64,000 nucleotides of DNA from the NCBI GenBank assembly GCA_024409235.1, contig JAKSUA010000003.1, forward strand, positions 9,309-73,308, written 5' to 3'. The DNA comes from Bacteroidales bacterium. Lineage in GTDB: Bacteria > Bacteroidota > Bacteroidia > Bacteroidales > UBA1715. Position numbers and translations under genes: made by a program. The notes under the pieces were generated by a model. The model saw only the letters and a list, made by a program, of their open reading frames with translations, was not told where the DNA came from and did not search any database. How positions within the stretch are numbered: the stretch's first letter is position 1; each line of letters opens with the position of its first letter. Below are positions 57,098 to 64,000 of this stretch, one piece after another.

Positions 57098-59524
57098 ATG
57101 AGCATAAATTTTAAATCATTTAACTATAGACCAATTCTTGTCAGTTTAGCAATAATTGCATGTTTTACAACTTTAGTACTTGTATATTTTAGCCCTGTTT
57201 TCGAGGGAAAAGAATTACGTCAGCATGATGTGCTGCAATATTTAGGAACGGCGGAAGAATCTTTCCAATATGAAAAATCAACGGGAGAAACACCATTATG
57301 GACAAACTCCTTGTTTTCTGGAATGCCGACATACCTGATTCACATTTCAACAAAAAATCTTGTAGGAACGATTTACAATATGTTTCATACAACGGTTCAA
57401 CATCCGGAAATGATTGTGTTGATGTACTTTATATGGGCATTTTTAGCATTGCTTTTGGTAAATATTCCAATGGGACTTGCTGCATTAGGAGGATTGTTTT
57501 ATGGACTTTCCACTTATTTTTATATTATTATTGAAGCTGGTCATATTACCAAGGCGATTTCCTTGGGATATATGCCGTTAATCATTGCATCAACGTACGC
57601 CGCTTTTTGGCAGAAAAGAAAAATTTTTGCATCTGCGATATTTACAATGGCTCTTGCTTTACAATTGATAGCAAACCATTTACAGATAACTTATTATACT
57701 GCATTAATATGTCTTGTTCTTGTATGTTTTGCTTTGTATAAAGCAATTAAAGAAAAGACAATAAAGGAAAATTTTGTAAAACCATCTCTTTATCTATTGG
57801 TAGGTCTTATTCTTGCAGTTGGCGCTGATTTTAGTAGAATATATGCGGCGTACGACTATGGAATGGATTCAATCCGTGGAAAATCGGAATTGACTGACCA
57901 TAGTAATATTCAAACACAAGGTCTTGATAAAGATTATGCAACTGCATGGAGCTACGGAATAGACGAAACGCTAGATTTATTTATTCCTAATTTTATGGGA
58001 GGAGCTTCCAGTGGAGAGTTGGATACTGATTCAGAAGTTTATAAAACTTTAAAACAAAATGGTGTTCCTAATACAAATAAAATCATTAAAAATATGCCAA
58101 CGTATTGGGGAGATCAGCCAATAACATCTGGACCTGTATATATTGGTGCAATTGTAATTTTCCTTTTCATTTTTGGGCTTTTATATGTTACTGGACCTGT
58201 AAAATGGTGGCTAGTTATTGTGACAATTTTGTCGATTACATTGGCATGGGGACATAATTTTATGCCATTAACCGACTTATTCCTTGATTATTTCCCAGGA
58301 TACAACAAGTTCCGAACAGTATCAATGATTTTAATTATTGCTGAATTTGCAATGCCGTTATTAGGAATACTTGCATTAAAGAGATTCTTTGAAGCGGAAG
58401 ATAAAACTATTGCTTTCAAAAAATTGGGAATCGCATTGGGAATCTCCGGTGGATTGTTGCTGTTTTTGATTTTCACTTCAGGAATTTGGTCTTTCCAAGG
58501 ACCACATGATGCGGAACTTCTTCCAGACTGGCTTCTTCCTGCCTTACAGGCGGATAGAAAGGCAATGATGTTAAGTGACTCATGGAGATCGCTTCTTATT
58601 GTAATTGTATCGTTTGTTATTTTAACATTGTTTCATTTTGGGAAAATGAAACAAAATGTAGCTATTGTTTTATTGGCAGCTGTAGTAGTAGTTGATATGT
58701 ATCCAGTTAATAAGCGTTATTTGAATGCAGAAGATTTCAAAAAACCAACAAAATTACTTTTCCAACCTACTAGGGCAGATAAGATGATTTTAAAAGACTC
58801 TGATCCTAACTTCAGGGTTATGAACCTGACAGTCAGCCCATTTAACGATGCATCAACTTCGTATTTCCATAAATCGATAGGCGGTTATCATGGTGCGAAA
58901 TTAAAACGTTATCAGGAGCTGATAGATTCATGTTTAGCAAGACAAAATTGGGATGTTTACAATATGCTTAATACAAAGTATTTCATTGTAAATGGAAAAG
59001 ACAATTATCCAATTGCACAACCAAATCCGGAAGCATTAGGTAATGCATGGTTTGTTAAGAATATTCACAAAGTTCCAAACGCTGATGCGGAAATTGTAGC
59101 ATTAAAAGATTTCAATCCTTCCGTGGAAGCATTTGTAGATCAGAGATTTGAGATTTCAGACACAGAATATTCTGTTGATTCTGCAGCAACTATAAAACTC
59201 GAATCATATTCTCCAATAGAGTTGACTTACACTTCGACGAATTCTCAGAAAGGTGCGGCAATATTTTCAGAAATATATTATGCAAAAGGTTGGAACGCAT
59301 ATATTGATGGAGAACCTACACCACATTTCCGTGCGAATTATGTTCTTCGTGGTTTGGAAATTCCTGCAGGAACTCATACGATAAGTTTCAAATTTGAACC
59401 AACACTGTTCCAAAAGACAGATCAGGTTTCACTTGTATTTTCAATACTATTACTAATCGGATTTTTTGGAATTTGTGGTTTCGAAATCTATAGAAATGTT
59501 AAAAGTTCACCTGAAATAGCATAA
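57098..59524 (+). CDS. YfhO family membrane protein (putative glycosyltransferase)
   Basis: About 808 aa with many TM helices in the first 550 aa and a soluble C-terminal domain plus a terminal TM helix; the architecture is YfhO-like. ATG at 57098. Confidence 0.7.
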   Translation: MSINFKSFNYRPILVSLAIIACFTTLVLVYFSPVFEGKELRQHDVLQYLGTAEESFQYEKSTGETPLWTNSLFSGMPTYLIHISTKNLVGTIYNMFHTTVQHPEMIVLMYFIWAFLALLLVNIPMGLAALGGLFYGLSTYFYIIIEAGHITKAISLGYMPLIIASTYAAFWQKRKIFASAIFTMALALQLIANHLQITYYTALICLVLVCFALYKAIKEKTIKENFVKPSLYLLVGLILAVGADFSRIYAAYDYGMDSIRGKSELTDHSNIQTQGLDKDYATAWSYGIDETLDLFIPNFMGGASSGELDTDSEVYKTLKQNGVPNTNKIIKNMPTYWGDQPITSGPVYIGAIVIFLFIFGLLYVTGPVKWWLVIVTILSITLAWGHNFMPLTDLFLDYFPGYNKFRTVSMILIIAEFAMPLLGILALKRFFEAEDKTIAFKKLGIALGISGGLLLFLIFTSGIWSFQGPHDAELLPDWLLPALQADRKAMMLSDSWRSLLIVIVSFVILTLFHFGKMKQNVAIVLLAAVVVVDMYPVNKRYLNAEDFKKPTKLLFQPTRADKMILKDSDPNFRVMNLTVSPFNDASTSYFHKSIGGYHGAKLKRYQELIDSCLARQNWDVYNMLNTKYFIVNGKDNYPIAQPNPEALGNAWFVKNIHKVPNADAEIVALKDFNPSVEAFVDQRFEISDTEYSVDSAATIKLESYSPIELTYTSTNSQKGAAIFSEIYYAKGWNAYIDGEPTPHFRANYVLRGLEIPAGTHTISFKFEPTLFQKTDQVSLVFSILLLIGFFGICGFEIYRNVKSSPEIA

Positions 59525-61014
59525 TGGGGATTGTCCGTACTCAGTCGATAATTGGTTCGTTTTGGATTTATGTTGGAGCAGCGTTAGGCTTTGTTACCAG
59601 TGCATTAATTTTTCCATATTATCTTGATGCTGAGCAAATTGGACTTTTGAATCTGTTGGTAACTTACGGAACTTTATTTGCTCAGTTCGGTTCTGCGGGA
59701 TTTGTGAATACAATCACACGAATGTTTCCTTACTTCCGCAACAATGAAAAGAAACATAATGGATTTTTATGTCTCACTGTAATTGTAGTTAGCCTTGCAA
59801 GTATTGTTACAATTGGACTGTTTTTTCTACTTTATCCATATATTATTCAAAATAGCAGCAAAGGCGGAAATCTTATGCAAGATTATGCTATCTGCATAAT
59901 TCCGATGTTTATTTTCATAACCTTTTTCAATATTTTCGATAGTTATACAAAGGCTTTGTTAAATGCAACACGGGGGATTTTTCAAAAGGAAGTAATGCTA
60001 AGAATTCTAACATTTGTTCTTATTCTTTGCTATATCTTCCAAATAGTTAATTTCCAATCATTTGTATATTGGTATGTAGTCTGTTATGCAGTTATTTTTC
60101 TGTATATGCTTGTAGCATTAATTGGTGACGGTCAGTTTTTTCTGAAACCAGATTTCTCTCTGATTGACAAAAATATGGCGGGAGAATTGGCAAAAGTTAG
60201 TCTATATGGCGTTATTATTACTTCGGCAAATATCATTGTTGTTAATCTCGATCGAATAATGATTGAGAAATTGGTAGTGGAGAATCCGCTTGCGCAAGTT
60301 GGGATATATACTACTTGCACCTATTTTGCCACAATGGTAATTCTTCCAAACCGTGCTCTACAGAAAATTTCCTCTACTTTAGTTGCAGAAGCCTGGAAAC
60401 GAAATGATATGAATCAATTACAGGTATTGTATCAAAAAAGTACGATAACACAGTTAATTGTAGGAACTTTAGTATTCTTTGGTATTTGTATCAATCTTGA
60501 TTACATTTTCCAGATAATTCCCGAGGAATATAGTGCTGGTCGTTGGGTTGTGGTTTTCATTGGTATTTTTTATTTAAGCGATATGGCAACCGGAGTAAAT
60601 AAGGATATTGTTAGTAACTCCACAAAATACAGCAAACTTTCACACTGGACGTTTTCGTTGATTTTAGTGATTATTGCTCTGAACTTTCTTTTTATCCCAT
60701 ATTATGGAATTGTTGGTGCTGCAGCATCGTCGTGTATTGCAAGAATTTTATACAATACGGTAGCTTTTTGTTATGTGAATAAGGAATTCAAATTACAGCC
60801 ATATTCTTTCAAACACATATTAATAGTAGGAATTGGCATAATTGCTTATGCTTCAGCGTATTTTATTCCAGAAACTAGCAATCTTATTGCCAATATTTTA
60901 ATCAAGAGCAGTGTTATTTCAATAATATTCTGTGTGCTTATATATGTCTTCAAAATATCAGAAGACGTAAACGATTTAGCAGACTCTTTCTTAAAGAGAA
61001 TAAGAATAAAATAA
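59524..61014 (+). CDS. Oligosaccharide flippase (MOP/Wzx-like)
   Basis: 496 aa with about 14 TM helices. The start overlaps the YfhO stop (ATAATG). Confidence 0.8.
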   Translation: MGIVRTQSIIGSFWIYVGAALGFVTSALIFPYYLDAEQIGLLNLLVTYGTLFAQFGSAGFVNTITRMFPYFRNNEKKHNGFLCLTVIVVSLASIVTIGLFFLLYPYIIQNSSKGGNLMQDYAICIIPMFIFITFFNIFDSYTKALLNATRGIFQKEVMLRILTFVLILCYIFQIVNFQSFVYWYVVCYAVIFLYMLVALIGDGQFFLKPDFSLIDKNMAGELAKVSLYGVIITSANIIVVNLDRIMIEKLVVENPLAQVGIYTTCTYFATMVILPNRALQKISSTLVAEAWKRNDMNQLQVLYQKSTITQLIVGTLVFFGICINLDYIFQIIPEEYSAGRWVVVFIGIFYLSDMATGVNKDIVSNSTKYSKLSHWTFSLILVIIALNFLFIPYYGIVGAAASSCIARILYNTVAFCYVNKEFKLQPYSFKHILIVGIGIIAYASAYFIPETSNLIANILIKSSVISIIFCVLIYVFKISEDVNDLADSFLKRIRIK

Positions 61015-61018
61015 TCGA

Positions 61019-61348
61019 TTAATATTTTTTAAATTCATTGGTTCCTTCAACGCGTTCAAATTCGGAACCTTTCTTCCATTTTAAATATGGAATGATTGCC
61101 TGGTCAAGATTAGCAATATAATTAACATCGAACATCATGAAATGTTGTTGGTCGTCGAGATATTCGTCAGTTTCGTCTCCTGCAAGAAAACGCCATCCGC
61201 TATCCTCGTCATCTTCTTTTTCTTCACGATACATAAAGCCAACTTTTTCACCGTCAACAGTTATTCTATCCGATGCGATACAATATCCCATTGGTTTCAC
61301 TAAATCCTGAATATCAGCAACTTGAAGTATATATTTATTGTCTGCCAT
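61019..61348 (-). CDS. DUF2185 (Imm33-like) domain protein
   Basis: MGYCIASDRITVDGEKVGFMYREE...DSGWRFLAGDETDEYLDD is typical of DUF2185. Confidence 0.6.
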   Translation of the reverse strand: MADNKYILQVADIQDLVKPMGYCIASDRITVDGEKVGFMYREEKEDDEDSGWRFLAGDETDEYLDDQQHFMMFDVNYIANLDQAIIPYLKWKKGSEFERVEGTNEFKKY

Positions 61349-61446
61349 ATAAAAATATTTTGGACAAAAATACAGAATAAATTCTTACTATCCTTAAATG
61401 AGAATTTCTCAATTAAAAACACTACTTTTGGCACAACTTGAAATAT

Positions 61447-63939
61447 ATGGGCAAAGGGTATTCAAAATCATTTATAAAATTATTGTTTCCGCTATTTTTA
61501 GCGTTGCCTTTTCCATTTACATTGATGAACTGTGCAAGGGAATCTGCTCCAATTGGAGGACCGGTAGATACTATTGTTCCCTATGCTGTTTTTGAAAAAC
61601 CGGAGAATAACTCACAGAACATAAATCCGCAGAAAATCGTTGTAAAATTCAATGAATTTATAGCTCTTGACAATGTTGACGATAATTGTATGATTTCTCC
61701 TGTATTGGATGAAAAACCTACAATTTCGGTTAAGAAGAAGAAAATGACAATTGATTTATCAAAGCAGAAACTTCAACCGAATACTACGTACAGTTTCAAT
61801 TTCAACAATGCTATAAAAGATTTGACGGAAGGTAATGTTACAGAACAATATTTGTATGCATTCTCTACAGGAAGTGGAATTGATTCGATGAAAATAGCAG
61901 GAAAGGTTTCGCTTGCAAAAGATGAAAAAATTTCTGAGCACATGTATGTGTTGTTATATGACAATCTGAGTGATACGGCTTTTCAAACTCAGAAACCACG
62001 ATATATAACTCAAGTATCAAAGAAAGGAGACTTTTCATTTTCTAACATAGAGGCGAAACAGTATAGAATCTATGCATTGGAGGATTCCGACAAGGATTTT
62101 ATGTTTAATCAGGTTTCTGAAAAGATTGCATTTCTTGACACAATTTTCAATCCGACAGCAGAACGATACATCGATAGTATCTGGTATTCTCATAATGACA
62201 CAATCCGTTTCGAGGAATTTGAGGACAGCATACAAATAGTTCAAGTAAAGGATTCTTTTAATCTTGTAGAGAAAACACGCTGGTCCGACCAAAATATCAA
62301 ACTGACATTATTTGAAAATGAGGTTTGGAATCAAGCAATTTTAACACAGAAAAGAATTTCGAAATATGCTGTTGCATATAAATTCGCTGCAAAAGATAAC
62401 TTTCCGACAAATATTGAGATTACTCCAAAAGGTGAATTTAAACAGGAAATCTTAAATTCCGACAGCCTAATTGTTTGGTTGACAGACACAAGTTTGCAAA
62501 GTTGTGATTCTTTACAAGTGATTCTTACGTATCAGAAAAACTTGGAAGATAAACAGTCTATTGTAGATACAACATCAATAGAATTAGCAAAGGATTTGCC
62601 TGACCGTTTGTCAGTAAAGACGAATCTTGAAAAAAGCGATAAGGTTTATTCTGGCGACAGTATCACTATCGTACTTTCCCGTCCGTTAAAAGATGCGGAT
62701 TTGAGTAAAATCAGTTTGTATGAATCTTGTGATACTTCGAAAAACAATTGCGAGGAAATCATTCCATTTTCTGATAATGAGTATAGACCTAAAAAGCATT
62801 ATAACGAACAAACTATTCTGAAATATAAGGAAGCAAACGATAGATTTGCATTGTATTTTAGTAAGAAAATTCAACCTGAAGATGTTACTGTTGTGCTTGA
62901 TGGACTTCCAAATCTGCAGGATTGGTATTACTGCGAATTAGATAAGAAAAGTAACGCGCTGCTGTTTTGGATTAAGCCTGATTCGGATGCATTAAAACTT
63001 AAAAATCAGGCAATTACGGTTAAATATAAAACTCTAAGTGAAAAAGATACTGTTCAGAACTTTAATCAAAAGAAAGACGTGGATGTACAGAAGATGTACA
63101 AAGTGCCGTTCACAAATAAAAAATTAATATTGCAGCTGGCAGAAGAACAGAAAACTCTGTTGAAACCTTCGGAGCCATTGTTGATTTATTGCAATAATCC
63201 AATAAAATCAGTAACAGACAGTTTATTTTCTCTTGTAAACAACGAAGATTCGTTGGAAACATCTGTTATTACTCGTGTTGCATTGAGTAAAGCTTCTTCA
63301 AGAATTATAGAGGTTTACCATGACACAAAACCTGGAGAAAGCTATAGCTTAACAGTGCAGAAAAATGCTATTGTTGATACGTTTGGATCGCAAAACCGTG
63401 AGTTTATAAAAGACATTCAAACTGCGTCTTCCGAAACCCTGTATGTGCAGAAGATTCCGTATTCAATTGTTGCATCAAATAATGAAAGAACATATTCTCT
63501 TATAGCTGACTGGAAAACGAACTTCACTTATAAATTAATCATTTCAGACAGCACATTTACTGACATTTTCGGTGATGCGAATGATTCTATAGTATTTTCA
63601 TTTCAATGTCCGAAAAAAGATGATGTAGGAAGTTTCTTGGTGAAAAATACTCAGGGTTTCCCTTCCGAAAATCTAATATTCATTCTTGAGGCACAAGACA
63701 ATAAAAAAGAAGAAACGTATATTGGTTCAAAAACATCGGAAGGCATACGTTTTGAAAATATTCCTGCGGGTTCGTATAATCTTAGCTGTGTAGATGACGA
63801 AAATGCTAATAACCGATGGGATTCAGGTTGTTTTGAAATCAAACGTCAGCCGGAAAAGATATATAATTACAAGGAAGCAATTATTATAAAACCGGAATGG
63901 GAGAATAGTGTTTTCTGGGAAGAGTTTTTGGAGAAATAA
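61447..63939 (+). CDS. Large lipoprotein with N-terminal Ig-like (SbsA/Big_5-type) domain
   Basis: Lipobox-like LMNCARE followed by APIGGPVDTIVPYAV...ENNSQNINPQKIVVKFNEFI. ATG at 61447; the track start is a TTG. Confidence 0.6.
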   Translation: MGKGYSKSFIKLLFPLFLALPFPFTLMNCARESAPIGGPVDTIVPYAVFEKPENNSQNINPQKIVVKFNEFIALDNVDDNCMISPVLDEKPTISVKKKKMTIDLSKQKLQPNTTYSFNFNNAIKDLTEGNVTEQYLYAFSTGSGIDSMKIAGKVSLAKDEKISEHMYVLLYDNLSDTAFQTQKPRYITQVSKKGDFSFSNIEAKQYRIYALEDSDKDFMFNQVSEKIAFLDTIFNPTAERYIDSIWYSHNDTIRFEEFEDSIQIVQVKDSFNLVEKTRWSDQNIKLTLFENEVWNQAILTQKRISKYAVAYKFAAKDNFPTNIEITPKGEFKQEILNSDSLIVWLTDTSLQSCDSLQVILTYQKNLEDKQSIVDTTSIELAKDLPDRLSVKTNLEKSDKVYSGDSITIVLSRPLKDADLSKISLYESCDTSKNNCEEIIPFSDNEYRPKKHYNEQTILKYKEANDRFALYFSKKIQPEDVTVVLDGLPNLQDWYYCELDKKSNALLFWIKPDSDALKLKNQAITVKYKTLSEKDTVQNFNQKKDVDVQKMYKVPFTNKKLILQLAEEQKTLLKPSEPLLIYCNNPIKSVTDSLFSLVNNEDSLETSVITRVALSKASSRIIEVYHDTKPGESYSLTVQKNAIVDTFGSQNREFIKDIQTASSETLYVQKIPYSIVASNNERTYSLIADWKTNFTYKLIISDSTFTDIFGDANDSIVFSFQCPKKDDVGSFLVKNTQGFPSENLIFILEAQDNKKEETYIGSKTSEGIRFENIPAGSYNLSCVDDENANNRWDSGCFEIKRQPEKIYNYKEAIIIKPEWENSVFWEEFLEK

Positions 63940-64000
63940 AGTGAGTTCTCGTTCAGCAAATTATTTGGTCTTCGTTAGTTGAATGTACAGGTTGCATCCG

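Overview
This is an AT-rich chromosomal segment that looks like Bacteroidota. The evidence is perfect TAnnTTTG -7 promoter boxes with a TTTG/TTG about 20 nt upstream, a T9SS C-terminal sorting domain, DUF4175/DUF4292-type genes, and an atpBEFHAG operon without atpDC. About 60 genes are supportable, and most are housekeeping. They include dut, hemW, map, ruvB, nadA, tRNA-Ser(UGA), an NSS transporter with a tiny missed subunit ORF, F-type ATPase atpBEFHAG, rpmF/yceD, a bactofilin-AtpZ cluster, mltG, panB, sufS, rnhB, dgt, a PhoR/PhoB-like two-component pair, pgmB, YfhO and two flippases. The one clear accessory region is a co-directional block of about 9.9 kb on the minus strand (about 26.7-36.6 kb). 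It lies between the rpmF-yceD-methyltransferase genes and the bactofilin gene. It holds three 5'-truncated Rhs/YD C-terminal fragments, each ending in the same core-end motif ...NNPLKY(T/N)DPSGE and each followed by a different toxin tip. One fragment is frameshifted. There is also one internal Rhs core remnant that reads in frame into the methyltransferase gene. Interleaved with these are six small genes, mostly signal-peptide-bearing, that look like immunity genes; three of them are paralogous. Conserved inter-cassette junction sequences carry a promoter-like box. The window contains no full-length Rhs gene, secretion-system gene, integrase or transposase. I consider this orphan-only toxin/immunity cassette array the most interesting object in the window. 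Secondary observations are a solo HARE-HTH plus PD-(D/E)xK nuclease, a HisIE whose HisI half has lost its catalytic motifs, structured intercistronic hairpins in the atp operon, and a possible rearrangement separating bactofilin-AtpZ from atpB. No CRISPR array, rRNA or recognisable transposon was seen. All domain calls rest on motif recognition by eye; no database search was run.
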